Below, in pieces: positions 13,494 to 25,274 of a stretch of DNA of 64,000 nt. Both the position numbers and the translations under genes were made by a program. The notes under the pieces were generated by a model. That model searched no databases. It worked only from the letters and a program-made list of their open reading frames with translations, and was not told the origin of the DNA. Each line of letters begins with the position of its first letter. Position 1 is the first letter of the stretch. The DNA lies in assembly GCA_041879355.1 (NCBI GenBank), contig CP089922.1, positions 864,498 through 928,497 of the forward strand. Direction: 5' to 3'. This stretch comes from Cyanobacteria bacterium LVE1205-1 (GTDB taxonomy: Bacteria > Cyanobacteriota > Cyanobacteriia > CAIUCS01).

Positions 13494-13540
13494 AGCGAAT
13501 CCGTAGGCAATGGGTAAGGGTGGGGGAAGAAATAACGAAT

Positions 13541-13801
13541 TTACTCGTGAGGGCTAGGCTTATGGTGGCAGTACAAGGAAGGAACCGGGTCATAACCACC
13601 GGGATGAAAGGGATGGCAACGTAAAATTCGACGAATTGCCAGAACAGAACCTTGCCATGAACCAAAGCGAGCGATCGCCTCTAGTGCATAGTGGGAACAA
13701 GTGGGTTGAAATCTGCACGTTGGTAATAATAATGGGGAAATGAGCCAACGATAGCCCTGAATTAATGAAGTTAAAACAAGTTTCATACTGAAAACCATCA
13801 T
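13541..13801 (-). CDS. yidD: Membrane protein insertion efficiency factor YidD
   Basis: 86 aa with the signature [26 protein letters not shown]. Confidence 0.85.
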   Translation of the reverse strand: MMVFSMKLVLTSLIQGYRWLISPLLLPTCRFQPTCSHYALEAIARFGSWQGSVLAIRRILRCHPFHPGGYDPVPSLYCHHKPSPHE

Positions 13802-13926
13802 TTACAACTATGGAAAAAACGTAAATAGGCTAATACCTTCTCCAAACGGTACCCTATGGCTACAATTCTTAGCATCTCCGTCTGTTACAAGTAGGTCACC
13901 CCAAGATGGACTATCACCGTTTTGCA

Positions 13927-14763
13927 TTAATTGGGGGAATCACCAACATTAAATAAAAAGGGCACATTTTCAGAGTGATCGCCAATCACTAGAACCCTGG
14001 GCATTTGTGCCCCTCCTTCACGCCAGGCAGCAATCGCTTCTTTCTGCAACACTAGGGAACCACCAGGAGCCTTTAAGGTTTCCGCCAACAGCCGCTGAGC
14101 CTCTGCTTTACCCTGGGCGCGATTGACTTCGGCTTGGGCTTCCTGTTCGGCTTCCTGGGCTACATAGACAGCCCTCTGAGCCCGTTGTTCAGCAATTTGT
14201 TTATCTTCAACCGCCTTGGAAAATTCTTGGGAAAAATTGAGATCAACCACACTGGTATCCAACACCAGTACACCATATTTCTGCAAGCGATCGCCCAAAG
14301 CCCGATCAAAATCCTCTTTTAATTCATTCCGTTTAGTAATACACTCTTCAGCGGTTCTTAAGGCGGCAGCAATCTTAAAGGATTCCTGGGTTTGGGGGGC
14401 AATAATTTTAGAGACAATATTTTGCAACGTACCTTGGGTACGACGAATATTTACCACCTGGCTGGGGTCTAAGCGGAAATTGATCGCAAAACTAGCGGTC
14501 AAGTCTTGTAAATCTCGAGTTGCACTTTGGGCAGGCACTTCAAATTTTTGCACCGTTACATCATAAATATCCACTGTGGCCACTAAAGGAGGTTTGAAAT
14601 GGATACCTTCCAAAAATGAACCATCCTGAGCTTTTCCTAAAATACTAATAACCCCTGCTTGTCCGGGGTTAATAATAACAAATGAATTCAATCCAAATAA
14701 TAGAACAACGGTAGTGATCAATCCGAGAACAATGACCTGTAGGTTTGGTGAAGTAGTATTCAT
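13927..14763 (-). CDS. SPFH/band-7 (prohibitin/HflC-like) membrane protein
   Basis: An N-terminal TM helix, an SPFH core, and an Ala/Glu/Gln-rich coiled coil (EQRAQRAVYVAQEAEQEAQAEVNRAQGKAEAQ). Confidence 0.85.
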   Translation of the reverse strand: MNTTSPNLQVIVLGLITTVVLLFGLNSFVIINPGQAGVISILGKAQDGSFLEGIHFKPPLVATVDIYDVTVQKFEVPAQSATRDLQDLTASFAINFRLDPSQVVNIRRTQGTLQNIVSKIIAPQTQESFKIAAALRTAEECITKRNELKEDFDRALGDRLQKYGVLVLDTSVVDLNFSQEFSKAVEDKQIAEQRAQRAVYVAQEAEQEAQAEVNRAQGKAEAQRLLAETLKAPGGSLVLQKEAIAAWREGGAQMPRVLVIGDHSENVPFLFNVGDSPN

Positions 14764-14780
14764 AAAATTAATGAATGAAT

Positions 14781-15062
14781 TTAAGATAAGTCGGGTTTCA
14801 AAAACATCACAGAAAGAATTGAAATAGTAATTCTAAGGCATAGGGACAATTGGGATCCCAGGGACTTCCTATCCCATGGGTTAAGTTTTCCCATGACGGA
14901 AAGGGATTGGACTACAGGATCCCAGACAATAATACCAGCCATCCCCCCTCCTTGTTGTACCAAATGAACACCTGATTTTTCTGGGATTTGGTAATGGGTT
15001 AACCGGTGGTGGTAAAAAGGTAAGAATTTACAAGGATCTAAGAGGGGTCGTAGATGCTTCAC
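14781..15062 (-). CDS. Hypothetical protein, possibly an NfeD-like partner of the SPFH gene by position only
   Basis: This is the only long frame. It lies immediately upstream of, and co-oriented with, the SPFH gene. No motif is recognised. Confidence 0.25.
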   Translation of the reverse strand: MKHLRPLLDPCKFLPFYHHRLTHYQIPEKSGVHLVQQGGGMAGIIVWDPVVQSLSVMGKLNPWDRKSLGSQLSLCLRITISILSVMFLKPDLS

Positions 15063-15476
15063 CCCAAACCCCCAAGGTATTCCTATCCTTACTTGTTTAG
15101 GACTACCAACAAGTGACAGTCTACAGCACTGCGCTAAGGGTCAGGGGATGGCAGTACCTTGGTCACCAAGGGTTCCCTCTCAGAACCGTCCAAAATATGT
15201 GGAAGCTCACCATTTGGACGGAGAATGAGTAATGGGATTATATCAATGAATAACTTAACAATACTCCGTGGATGGCGGGATAATCAAGACCTATTCCAGT
15301 TGGAACGGGGATGGTTTAAGATATGTTTTAGAAAAAACATACTGACATCTAAGGGCTTAAAAAAGTACGATGGAAGGCATACCAGTAGGAACCCTTGACT
15401 GGGTATAGCCTCCTAACATCATCCATTCTGATACATCTGTCTATTTCTTACACCATCGTTTGACTCTGGAAAATCC

Positions 15477-16259
15477 ATGGACAAGCCGTTACTGGAGTTA
15501 CGAGGAATTAGTAAAGCCTTTGGGCAATACTTAATCTTAGACAACCTTAACCTTACCATCCAATATGGGGAAACAGTCGCCATTATTGGTCCCTCTGGCA
15601 CTGGTAAATCCACTATTTTAAGAATTATTGCAGGATTGCTGATGCCGGATAGCGGTCAGGTTTATTTACAAGGTAAACCTCGTCTAGGGTCTATTGAAGA
15701 TGGGAATGATCCGTACCGGATTTCATTAGTATTTCAACAGGCTGCTCTTTTTGACTCTCTCACTGTGGCTGAAAATGTAGGTTTTTTGTTGTACCAACAT
15801 TCCAAATTACCCCCCAAACGCATCCGTCAATTGGTGGAAGTAGGGTTAGAATTAGTGGGTCTCAAAGGAACTGCTGATTTATATCCGGCGGAACTTTCAG
15901 GGGGGATGCGTAAACGGGTTAGTTTCGCACGGGCAATCATGGAAGACCCAGACGATCCCACTGATAATCCCGAACTATTATTGTATGATGAACCTACTGC
16001 TGGTCTTGATCCGATTGCATCAACCGTCATTGAAGACTTAATGCGAGGTTTGAAAGATAAGGTACAATGCTGTTCCACTTATGTTGTCGTTACCCACCAG
16101 GAAACAACCATCCGTCGGACAGTTGACCGGGTTGTTTTTTTATATAAAGGTCGTATTCAATGGCAGGGTTCTATCTGGGAAATGGATCACGGGGATAATC
16201 CTTACATGCAACAATTCTTAAGTGGTCGGGTTAATGGACCGATTCAGGTTTTAGGTTGA
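15477..16259 (+). CDS. ABC transporter ATP-binding protein, MlaF/TGD3-like
   Basis: Walker A GPSGTGKST, the ABC signature LSGGMRKRVSFARA and Walker B LLLYDEPTAGLD. Confidence 0.85.
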   Translation: MDKPLLELRGISKAFGQYLILDNLNLTIQYGETVAIIGPSGTGKSTILRIIAGLLMPDSGQVYLQGKPRLGSIEDGNDPYRISLVFQQAALFDSLTVAENVGFLLYQHSKLPPKRIRQLVEVGLELVGLKGTADLYPAELSGGMRKRVSFARAIMEDPDDPTDNPELLLYDEPTAGLDPIASTVIEDLMRGLKDKVQCCSTYVVVTHQETTIRRTVDRVVFLYKGRIQWQGSIWEMDHGDNPYMQQFLSGRVNGPIQVLG

Positions 16260-16329
16260 CTGGTGGGAATTGTTAGGGCGGCGTTTCCCAAACGCTATTG
16301 GTATGTATCACGAGGGGTTAAAGGAAAAT

Positions 16330-17664
16330 ATGGCTGATTCAGATAATTCAACCCGACCTTCTCGAATCGTCCGGGAGGGATCAGTAGGATTGTTCATCCT
16401 ACTGGGTATGGCATTGTTTGGCAGCTTGGTCTTTTGGTTAAAGGGCTTTGTATTGGGTGAACAAGGGTTTCGGTTTACGGTGGAATTCCTTGATGCTGCG
16501 GGGCTGAAAGTAGGTTCAGTAGTGCGTTTTCGTGGGGTAGCCGTGGGTCGTATTGAACGAATCCAGCCCAGCTTAAATGGGGTGGAAGCTGAATTAGTGA
16601 TTACCACATCTTCATTAGTGATACCGAAATTAGTAACAATTACGAGTAACCAGTCGGGGTTGATTGGGGAAGCAATAATTGACATTACCCCATTACAAAC
16701 CTTATCCAATCAACCCATTGCTGGTCCACGGGATGCCCAATGTAATCCGGAAATAATTGTTTGTGAGGGGGTTCGTCTACCCGGTGAAGTGGGGGTTAGT
16801 CTGGAAGCCATGATTCGCAGCACTAATGATTTTGTTAAGTTAGTGGGAAACCCCCAATTTTTCGAAGAGTTACGGTCAGCCGTCAAAACTACCTCCCAAG
16901 CCATGGATGGAGTGACTACTTTATCAGAAGACCTATCTCAACTGACTACCTCTATTCAAAGTCCCACTCTTAAAACCATTGATTCTATGGGGCGAGCGGC
17001 TGATAAATTCAATTCTGCTGCCACACAAATTGATAGTTTATTACGGGAGAACCGGAGTGAATTAGTCAGCACCTTGACTAATTTGAGTGATGCCAGTCGT
17101 GAAACTAAAGAAATAGTTGCTAGTCTCAGCCCGGTGGCTAAACGCATTGAAACCGGGGATATGATTGCCAATTTAGAAAAATTAGCCCTCAATGCATCCC
17201 AAGCATCAGCAAACTTTAGGGATTTTACCCGGACATTAAATAACCCTGTTAATGCCTTAAAACTGCAACAAACGTTGGATGCCGCTAGGGCAACATTTCA
17301 AAATACTCAGAAAATTACTTCTGATATCAACGAACTAACGGGGGATGCCCAGCTTCGAGAGAAGATACGTCGAATTGTGGATGGGCTGAGTAAACTGGTT
17401 TCCACTACTGCACGGGTTGAACAACTGGCTCTCATTGAACAACGATTACGTCCCCTTAACCAGGAACTATTTATCCTCGCTAAACATGAATCCCAGCCCC
17501 CTTCCCCAGATTCTTTACCATTCCAGTTTATTATCCCAAGTCACAACGGTCAGTCGGCATTTGCTGACATCCCACCTCCAAATTCTTTGCCTGACAGTGT
17601 TTTTGAAAATACCATTCTATTTCCTACCCTTGAACAATTGGGTGCCCCCAGTCCCAATCCTTAG
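16330..17664 (+). CDS. MlaD/MCE-domain substrate-binding protein (TGD2-like) with a long C-terminal coiled coil
   Basis: A TM helix followed by an MCE domain (FTVEFLDAAGLKVGSVVRFRGVAVGRIERIQ), directly downstream of the MlaF-like ATPase. Confidence 0.8.
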   Translation: MADSDNSTRPSRIVREGSVGLFILLGMALFGSLVFWLKGFVLGEQGFRFTVEFLDAAGLKVGSVVRFRGVAVGRIERIQPSLNGVEAELVITTSSLVIPKLVTITSNQSGLIGEAIIDITPLQTLSNQPIAGPRDAQCNPEIIVCEGVRLPGEVGVSLEAMIRSTNDFVKLVGNPQFFEELRSAVKTTSQAMDGVTTLSEDLSQLTTSIQSPTLKTIDSMGRAADKFNSAATQIDSLLRENRSELVSTLTNLSDASRETKEIVASLSPVAKRIETGDMIANLEKLALNASQASANFRDFTRTLNNPVNALKLQQTLDAARATFQNTQKITSDINELTGDAQLREKIRRIVDGLSKLVSTTARVEQLALIEQRLRPLNQELFILAKHESQPPSPDSLPFQFIIPSHNGQSAFADIPPPNSLPDSVFENTILFPTLEQLGAPSPNP

Positions 17665-17681
17665 ATTGGGAGGGTCACGGT

Positions 17682-19545
17682 CTAACGAATATGAAAATTG
17701 AATGGGTATCGAGCATATATCCTTTTAGGGTCATTGAGTAACCGAATCATGGTCAAATCAGTGTGCATGTCACTGAACTGACCATCCAATAATTCTAAAA
17801 TGGGGTAGTGGGAAATGGGGGGTTGCCAACCAATAGTTCTTTGAATAAGATTCCATAGCATTCTTGGTAATGTACCCCTCCAAACTTGGTCATCCTGCCC
17901 CTGTCCCCAGAGTTGATCTTGCCAACGTTGGGGCTGAGGAAATTCCTCCACCTGCCATTGCCCCTTTAGATCAGCTCGTTTTGCCGCCGCCTGAATAGCC
18001 TCCTCCAGCCCTCCGAGATCATCCACTAAGCCCAATTTTTTAGCAGCTTTACCAGACCACACCCTTCCCTGGGCAATTTGATTCACTTGGGCTAAGGGTA
18101 ATTTGCGGGATTGGGATACTTTTGTAAGAAATTGCTGATAAACCTGGTTTACTGTTTGTTGATAGATAATCAGTTCTTCGGATGTTTTAGGACGAGCAAT
18201 GGTACCAATATCTGCATACTTTCCGGTTTTAACGCCATCCCAAGTAATCCCGTTGTCATTGGTTAGTTTTTGAATATTAGGTAAAATACCAAATACACCG
18301 ATTGAACCAGTGATTGTGTTGGGCTCGGCAAAAATACGATCGCCGTAGGTTGCAATCCAATATCCACCGGAAGCTGCCAAGTTTCCCATGGAGATAATGA
18401 CCGGTTTCACCTGACGGGTTAAATTAACTTCCCGTTGAATAATATCAGAAGCGGTGGCACTCCCCCGGGACTATTAATCCTCAACACCACTGCTTTAATC
18501 CCTTGGTCTAACCGGATGGAACGGAGTTGCCGTGCAAGGCGATCGCCGCCAATGGTATCGGGGGTTCCCTGTCCATTAACAATTTCACCTTCAGCATAAA
18601 CCACAGCAACCCGTTCATTTGTTTTAAGGGGGTCACCGGGCTGTGCCCTATTGATTACGTGGGTATAGTCAGCCAAACTAATTTGACGAAAGGAATCTTG
18701 ATTTTTATTTTCGTTGGTTAGCTCAATTAACTTGGCAGTTACTTCATCTGCATACATAACCCGATCAATTAATCCCCGCTTTTGCGCCTCGCTGGCAGTC
18801 ACAATAGCCTGGGTATCAACAATAGATTGAATCTGTGACGAACTCAGTTTACGAGACCGTCCAGTTTCAGTTAAAAAATCAGCCCACAGGTCATCTAGTA
18901 GTTGTTGCTCCTGTTGTTTATTTTCTGGACTTTGACGAGTTAGCACCAATGGTTCCACCGCCGACTTATATTTTCCAGCTCGTACCACCTGAATACCCAC
19001 CCCTAACCGTTCTAATGCCCCCGCTAAAAAGGGGAATCAGAGTTAAATCCATTGATTTCCAATGAACCCATGGGATGTAATGCGATGGTGTCTGCTACAG
19101 AACTTAAATAATATTCCCGTTCAGTAAAATCAGACTGGTAGGCAATAATTGGTTTACCTTGACGACCAAAGTTAACCAAAGCTCGACGAATTTCCCTTAA
19201 GTTAGCATAACCGGTTTGATTGGATTCCCCGCCACTGTAGAGATAAAGTCCTACTATTCTAGGGTCGCGACTGGCTTCTTCCAACCCATTGAGCACCTGG
19301 CGCAGGGTTGATAGGGTTTTAGTATTGGACAGTGAATTACGTAAAGTTTCAGCAAGGGTGGTAGGGGGTGAAGAGTCTCGAACTGGAATAGAAAGATTCA
19401 ATACTAAAAGTGTTTTATCACTTAACCGGGGTACAGTCTCTCTGGTGGAAATAAGAACGAGGCTGAATAAGCCCAAAGTGCTTAAAGTGGCAAATAAGAC
19501 TAATCCAAGGAAGACGGCAAGGATGGATTTGATAAAGTCAAGCAT
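17682..19545 (-). CDS. sppA: Signal peptide peptidase SppA (protease IV, 67K type), split into 3 ORFs by two homopolymer indels
   Basis: KAVVLRINSPGG (N-terminal domain) and KPVIISMGNLAASGGYWIA...GSIGVFG (C-terminal catalytic domain). Confidence 0.85.
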
Positions 19546-19566
19546 GGATTAGGGGATGAATGGGAT

Positions 19567-20589
19567 TTATAACCTGACTAGACAGTTGGATTTTTGTAAA
19601 GATGAAAAATTGGGATTTCCTGTGCAAAAAAGAACCGTGGTCAATTCAGCCAAGAGAATTTTGGTAAAGATGTGGAGTGCTTCCGTTGAAGTGTGGGCTG
19701 CCTGTAAAAAAGGACGGGCAAAACCAATTAAATTAGCTCCCAAGGCAATTGCCTTGGCTCCATCAACGCCGTTCTTCAGACCACCAGAGGCAATTAAAGG
19801 AATGGTAGGGGCAATGGAACGAATACCAGTAATGCACTCAGCAGTGGGAATTCCCCAATCGGCAAAGGTTTCACCAAGTTGTCGTTGAATTGGGTCTGTA
19901 GCCCGTTCCCCCTCTACTTTAGCCCATGAAGTTCCACCGGCACCAGCCACATCAATGGCTACCACCCCGGCTTCTATTAATAACTGAGCCATGCCAGCCG
20001 AAATTCCATTGCCCACTTCTTTCACTACAACGGGGACGGGTAACCGGTGACAAAGTTGGTTTATTTTAGCGATCAGCCCCTTAAAGTTAGTATCTCCTTT
20101 GGTTTGTACACATTCCTGTAGTGGATTCAAATGCAAAATCAAAGCATCAGCAGTCAACCAATCCACCATCCGTTGACATTCATCAATGCCATAGCCATAG
20201 TTCAGCTGTACGGCTCCCAGATTGGCAAATAAAAGGGCATTGGGTGCCAGTTTGCGCACTGTAAACGTATCTGCCAGATGGGGATTTTCCACCGCCACCC
20301 GCTGGGAACCAACTCCCATTGCCAACCGAAAGTGTTGTGCCACCTCTGCCAGTCGATAATTAATGGTTTTGGCTAATTCCGTTCCCCCTGTCATGGATGA
20401 AATTAATAAAGGAGCACTTAAAGGTTTGCCTAAAAAAACAGTATGCAGGTCAATATCATCACGATCCAATTCAGGCAAACAAGAATGAATAAATCGGTAT
20501 CGTTCCAGACCAGTAGTGGTTTGCTGAAACTCTACATCACCCGTCAAACATAATTGGATATGATCAGCTTTACGAGATTGAATTTCCAT
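19567..20589 (-). CDS. fni: Type 2 isopentenyl-diphosphate delta-isomerase (FMN-dependent)
   Basis: 340 aa TIM-barrel, [15 protein letters not shown]...SSMTGG...[11 protein letters not shown]. Confidence 0.85.
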   Translation of the reverse strand: MEIQSRKADHIQLCLTGDVEFQQTTTGLERYRFIHSCLPELDRDDIDLHTVFLGKPLSAPLLISSMTGGTELAKTINYRLAEVAQHFRLAMGVGSQRVAVENPHLADTFTVRKLAPNALLFANLGAVQLNYGYGIDECQRMVDWLTADALILHLNPLQECVQTKGDTNFKGLIAKINQLCHRLPVPVVVKEVGNGISAGMAQLLIEAGVVAIDVAGAGGTSWAKVEGERATDPIQRQLGETFADWGIPTAECITGIRSIAPTIPLIASGGLKNGVDGAKAIALGANLIGFARPFLQAAHTSTEALHIFTKILLAELTTVLFCTGNPNFSSLQKSNCLVRL

Positions 20590-20631
20590 TTTTTCTCCAA
20601 TTCAGTTTGGATGACACAACCCCATAAACTG

Positions 20632-20868
20632 CTAAACGTCATCAGCATCCATGTCATCGCTCCCTTCGTCTAAATCATAACTATCCTCTTCAACTCCCAT
20701 TAGGTCAGATATTTCTGCTTCATTTTCTAAATAATCAAAACTTTGGGCATCCCGTTCCAATAAGCGACCGGTACTCTCCAACCAACCTAAAATCGATGCA
20801 TTTTGCTGTAAGGGGATCACTTGAGCCGGTTGATGACGAGGTTGTTCACGTAATGATGGATTGTACAT
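20632..20868 (-). CDS. Small acidic protein (DUF3134-like)
   Basis: 78 aa with a strongly acidic C-terminus (DLDEGSDDMDADDV). Confidence 0.45.
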   Translation of the reverse strand: MYNPSLREQPRHQPAQVIPLQQNASILGWLESTGRLLERDAQSFDYLENEAEISDLMGVEEDSYDLDEGSDDMDADDV

Positions 20869-21147
20869 AGTTGAAAGGTGATATTAATGATAAAAGAACA
20901 ATCATAGAGTTGCTCTATTGAATTATACTCGACTTCCTCTGGTGAAAACAGAGTGGTGAATCAGGTTCATTTTCTAAGCCCTAGGGGTGTGGGAAATGAA
21001 CCTGAATATAAGTGAGGTATACCATTGGGTGCTACTGCCAATAGTTGGTTGACAAGTGCAATTGAAAGTAGTTTATGTCTTGATAGATTAGAAAAAGGAA
21101 GTTACCCCCCGCCGTACTAATCTTTTGTGATTCATACTTCCTACCCT

Positions 21148-21300
21148 GGTTGACTGACAAAAGTTGTACGCCCTCACCCCCAACCCCTCTCCCAGGGGGC
21201 GAGGGGAGCCGATCCACCCATCCGGTTCCCTCTCCCATCGGGAGAGGGCTAGGGTGAGGGCTTTCGGGGTTTTGGCTGAGCAGTTTTGTCAGTCAATCAG
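21148..21300. mobile_element. MITE-like element, copy 2, flanked by a perfect 9 bp TSD CTTCCTACC
   Basis: Same TIRs and core as copy 1. The direct repeat CTTCCTACC abuts both ends. Confidence 0.75.
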
Positions 21301-21403
21301 CTTCCTACCTTAAAAGGCTGGGGATTTCAAATTTTCCCCCATGGCTCTTATGATCAAGATTAACAAACAATCCACCTATATGGGAAATCCCTGAGGAGGG
21401 GAA

Positions 21404-21991
21404 ATGTCCGGCAAGGCAAATTTATTAGAAGCGATCGCAGGAAAAAATCGAGGATTATTGGCAACCCAAACCGATCGACAATTTATTTTGTCTGCGGTCT
21501 CAAAACTAGAGGACTTTAACCCCACTAGCCGACCTACGGAAGCTCTGGAACTTCTTGAAGGCAACTGGCGATTGTTATATACCAGTAGCCGTGCCCTACT
21601 GGGACTAGGTCGATTTCCTTTAGTGACCCTAGGGCAAGTCTATCAATGTATTCGGATTGGAAATTCCCAAGTCTACAATATCGCTGAAATTCTAGGTATC
21701 CCCTATTTAGAGGGAATTGTAAGTGTAACTGCCCAGTTTACAGCCACATCTGAACGTCGAATAGATATTCAGTTTCAGCGAACCATCATTGGATTGAAAC
21801 GGCTAATGGGGTACGGATCACCAACGGAATTCATTACTGGGATTGAATCAAGTCAACCTTTTCCTGCAATTGACTTTTCCAATCCTAGGAGTGAACAATC
21901 TGGCTGGTTAGACATCACTTATTTAGATCAAGATTTACGGATTAGTCGGGGGAATGAAGGAAGCATTTTTATTTTAACTAAAGCAATCTAA
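21404..21991 (+). CDS. PAP/fibrillin family protein
   Basis: 195 aa, LLEAIAG..RGL...DRQFILSAVSKLEDFNPT..P.....LEGNWRLLYTSS, the fibrillin signature. Confidence 0.8.
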   Translation: MSGKANLLEAIAGKNRGLLATQTDRQFILSAVSKLEDFNPTSRPTEALELLEGNWRLLYTSSRALLGLGRFPLVTLGQVYQCIRIGNSQVYNIAEILGIPYLEGIVSVTAQFTATSERRIDIQFQRTIIGLKRLMGYGSPTEFITGIESSQPFPAIDFSNPRSEQSGWLDITYLDQDLRISRGNEGSIFILTKAI

Positions 21992-22037
21992 TACTAGTTC
22001 CTTAGTTCAGCTTCAAGTCTATTTGCATTTCTAGTCC

Positions 22038-23981
22038 ATGAAACAGTGTCTGTTAAACCTTGCCAATTGGGTTTTGGCTTTGCCACGACCAGTAAAACGC
22101 ATCATCGTATTTGTGATTGATTTAAATTTATGTACGTTGACAGTTTGGTTAGCCTATTATCTTCGTCTGGGAGAATTTATTGATTTTACTGGCTCAGGTG
22201 TTTGGAACAGTGGCTTTCAGTGGTCTAGAAATGCTGCGATTGTTCTTGCCCTGCCAATTTTTATCCTTTCAGGTCTTTATCGAGCCATTTTTCGATATAA
22301 CGGATGGCAAGCTTTGCTAACAGTTGCTCAATCCGTTGGATTATACGGGATAGTATATGTCACCATCTTTACGGTTATTGGGGTTGATCAAGTGCCACGG
22401 ACTATCGGCATTATTCAACCCATTTTGCTTCTTTTATTTGTTGGGACATCCCGGACTATTGCCAACCAATGGTTAGGTAATCAATACCAGAGTCTCTTCA
22501 AACAAAAGACTCTTTCAAATGTCCTTATTTATGGTGCTGGAAGTGCTGGGCGACAACTGGCAGCAGCACTCACGAATATTCATGACATGAAGTTGGTTGG
22601 GTTTCTAGATGATGATGTGGGATTACAGGGATATGTCCTCAATGGACAGCCGATTTATGACCCAAAGGATTTACCCAGAATAGTCACAAAATTAAACGTG
22701 AGCCACATTCTCCTGGCAATGCCTAGTAGTAGTCGTACCAATCGTAAGGCTATTCTGGAGAAAATTCGCGGTGCCCGGGTTGCAGTCCATACTTTGCCCA
22801 GTATGTCTGATTTGGCCACAGGTAAAGTAACCGTTTCTGACCTACGGGAACTGGATCTGGATGACTTACTCGGTCGAGATCCCATTGACCCTGACCCAGT
22901 GTTATTAGCCAAGAACATTCACGGTAAAGTGGTATTAGTGACTGGTGCAGGCGGGTCAATTGGTAGTGAACTATGTCGTCAAATTATCACTGTTCACCCC
23001 TCTAAGTTACTGTTAATTGAACAAAATGAATTTGCCCTCTATATGATCCACCAGGAATTAGAGAAGGCATTGGATAATCAACATATTGAAATAGTACCAT
23101 TACTTGCTTCGGTTCAAGACCATCAACGCATGGAAGAGATTATGGGTACCTGGCATCCCCATACCATTTATCACGCCGCTGCTTACAAACACGTTCCTTT
23201 AGTGGAACATAATCCAGTTGAAGGGATTAAGAATAATGTATTTGGAACCATGTACACAGCATATGCTGCTTTAACCAGTGGGGTGAATAATTTCGTATTG
23301 ATTAGTACTGATAAAGCTGTACGACCGACTAATATCATGGGTGCCAGTAAGCGATTGGCTGAAATAACCCTACAATCCCTTGCCGCAACGAACCCATCCA
23401 CCCAATTCTCCATAGTGCGATTTGGTAACGTATTAGGTTCATCAGGTTCTGTGGTTCCCAAGTTTCGTCAACAGATTTGTAACGGTGGACCCGTTACCAT
23501 CACCCATCCAGACATAACCCGTTATTTTATGACTATTCCGGAGGCTGCCCAATTAGTAATTCAAGCTGGTGCCATGGCTCACGGGGGAGATGTATTTGTA
23601 CTGGACATGGGGCAGTCAGTCAAAATTATGGACCTGGCTCATAGAATGATTGAATTATCCGGACTAACTGTTCGGGATGTCCATAATCCAAACGGTGATA
23701 TTGAAATCCTAATTACGGGTCTCAGACCTGGTGAAAAACTATATGAAGAATTGTTGATTGGTCATAACCCTCAAGGAACTTCTCATTCCAAAATCATGAA
23801 AGCCCATGAAGACTTTATCCCTTGGCAGGAACTTCAGGGTACTCTTCATCAGTTGGAGAAATTATTCACTACCAACGACATCACTAAGATTCGGGCAATG
23901 ATGGAAAAATTAGTTCATGGTTATACTCCTCAAAGTGAGATTGTAGACTGGATATATTTGGAACATATACTGAAAACGTAA
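22038..23981 (+). CDS. Membrane-anchored polysaccharide biosynthesis protein CapD/WbpM-like (UDP-sugar 4,6-dehydratase)
   Basis: N-terminal TM segments, a Rossmann motif VLVTGAGGSIGSEL, and the catalytic region ISTDKAVRPTNIMGASKRLAE. Confidence 0.85.
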   Translation: MKQCLLNLANWVLALPRPVKRIIVFVIDLNLCTLTVWLAYYLRLGEFIDFTGSGVWNSGFQWSRNAAIVLALPIFILSGLYRAIFRYNGWQALLTVAQSVGLYGIVYVTIFTVIGVDQVPRTIGIIQPILLLLFVGTSRTIANQWLGNQYQSLFKQKTLSNVLIYGAGSAGRQLAAALTNIHDMKLVGFLDDDVGLQGYVLNGQPIYDPKDLPRIVTKLNVSHILLAMPSSSRTNRKAILEKIRGARVAVHTLPSMSDLATGKVTVSDLRELDLDDLLGRDPIDPDPVLLAKNIHGKVVLVTGAGGSIGSELCRQIITVHPSKLLLIEQNEFALYMIHQELEKALDNQHIEIVPLLASVQDHQRMEEIMGTWHPHTIYHAAAYKHVPLVEHNPVEGIKNNVFGTMYTAYAALTSGVNNFVLISTDKAVRPTNIMGASKRLAEITLQSLAATNPSTQFSIVRFGNVLGSSGSVVPKFRQQICNGGPVTITHPDITRYFMTIPEAAQLVIQAGAMAHGGDVFVLDMGQSVKIMDLAHRMIELSGLTVRDVHNPNGDIEILITGLRPGEKLYEELLIGHNPQGTSHSKIMKAHEDFIPWQELQGTLHQLEKLFTTNDITKIRAMMEKLVHGYTPQSEIVDWIYLEHILKT

Positions 23982-23990
23982 GGTTGGTTT

Positions 23991-25067
23991 TCAGGTTCCA
24001 TAAACTTGATGATAATACCGACGATAGTCATCCGATAGTAGCGGCATCCACCAATCTGAATGGTTTAAATACCAACTGACTGTTTTACGCAACCCCTCTT
24101 CCAAGGACACGCTGGGGAGCCAGCCAAGTTGGGTCTTTATTTTGGTGGTGTCCATCCCATAGCGACGGTCATGACCAGGGCGATCGGTGACAAATGTAAT
24201 TAAACGGTGACTGGGGGCAACGGGTAAGTTTAAGGCGAGTTCATCCATCAACCGACAAAGGGTGGTAATTAAGTCGATGTTAGTAATTTCACAGTTACCC
24301 CCTATGTTGAACGTTTCCCCCGCTGGGGCATGGTGGAGGACAACATCAATGGCTCTACAGTGATCTTCCACAAATAACCAATCTCGCACATTTAGTCCAT
24401 CGCCATAGACGGGTAACGTTTGCCCCAACAGTATGTTGACACACATTAAAGGAATAAGTTTTTCAGGGAAATGATAGGGTCCATAATTGTTGGAACAATT
24501 CGTAATTAAGGTTGGTAATCCGTAGGTATGAAAGTAGGAACGGACTAAATGATCGCTGCCTGCTTTAGAGGCTGAATAAGGACTATTGGGAGCATAGGCT
24601 GTGGTTTCCGAAAAAGATGGTTCATGGGGGGCTAAACTACCAAATACTTCATCCGTAGAGATGTGTAAAAAACGGAGATGGTCTGGTTTTCCCTGCCCGA
24701 TCCAATATTGGCGAAACGTTTCTAGTAAATTAAAAGTTCCCAGTACATTTGTGTTCACAAATGCACCCGGACCCAGAATGGAACGATTTACATGGGACTC
24801 AGCCGCGAAGTGAATGATGGTATCAATCTGATGCTGATTCAAAAGGTCGTTTATCAGAACTGGGTTGTTAATATCCCCTTGGATAAAGCTAATTTGATGA
24901 TTTTCGATTAAGGTGTGAATATTATTCAAATTTCCTGCATAGGTCAACGCATCTAATACCCATACAGGAGTCTGGGGGTAGTGACTTGTCCAATAATGAA
25001 CAAAATTACTGCCGATAAACCCGGCTCCTCCCGTCACCAATAATCGCTGCGGAATGAATTGAGTCAA
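23991..25067 (-). CDS. rfbB: dTDP-glucose 4,6-dehydratase
   Basis: LLVTGGAGFIGSNFV, ISTDEVFG and YSASKAGSDHLVRSY. Confidence 0.9.
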   Translation of the reverse strand: MTQFIPQRLLVTGGAGFIGSNFVHYWTSHYPQTPVWVLDALTYAGNLNNIHTLIENHQISFIQGDINNPVLINDLLNQHQIDTIIHFAAESHVNRSILGPGAFVNTNVLGTFNLLETFRQYWIGQGKPDHLRFLHISTDEVFGSLAPHEPSFSETTAYAPNSPYSASKAGSDHLVRSYFHTYGLPTLITNCSNNYGPYHFPEKLIPLMCVNILLGQTLPVYGDGLNVRDWLFVEDHCRAIDVVLHHAPAGETFNIGGNCEITNIDLITTLCRLMDELALNLPVAPSHRLITFVTDRPGHDRRYGMDTTKIKTQLGWLPSVSLEEGLRKTVSWYLNHSDWWMPLLSDDYRRYYHQVYGT

Positions 25068-25118
25068 TGGTTTACTCCTGAAGTTTGAAACATCTGGTTA
25101 GTTGAATCTTGGGTATCT

Positions 25119-25274
25119 GGTTGACTGACAAAAGTTGTACGCCCTCACCCTCAACCCCTCTCCCAGGGGGTGAGGGGAGCCGATTCCACCCCTCCCGGGT
25201 TCCCTCTCCCATCGGGAGAGGGCTAGGGTGAGGGCTTTCGGGGTTTTGGCTGAGAAGTTTTGTCAGTCAATCAG
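25119..25274. mobile_element. MITE-like element, copy 3 (between rfbB and rfbA), with a degenerate 9 bp TSD (CTTGGGTAT / CTTAGATAT)
   Basis: Same TIRs and core as the other copies. Confidence 0.7.

Noticed and set aside
21032-21238. ORFs translated across MITE copies (21032..21238, 56125..56388, 56169..56357, 56242..56427), with Gly/Glu/Pro-rich products such as PSPPGRGVGGEGV
   Set aside because: They lie wholly inside the palindromic repeat and appear in both orientations. They are an artefact of the GC-rich hairpin, not genes.
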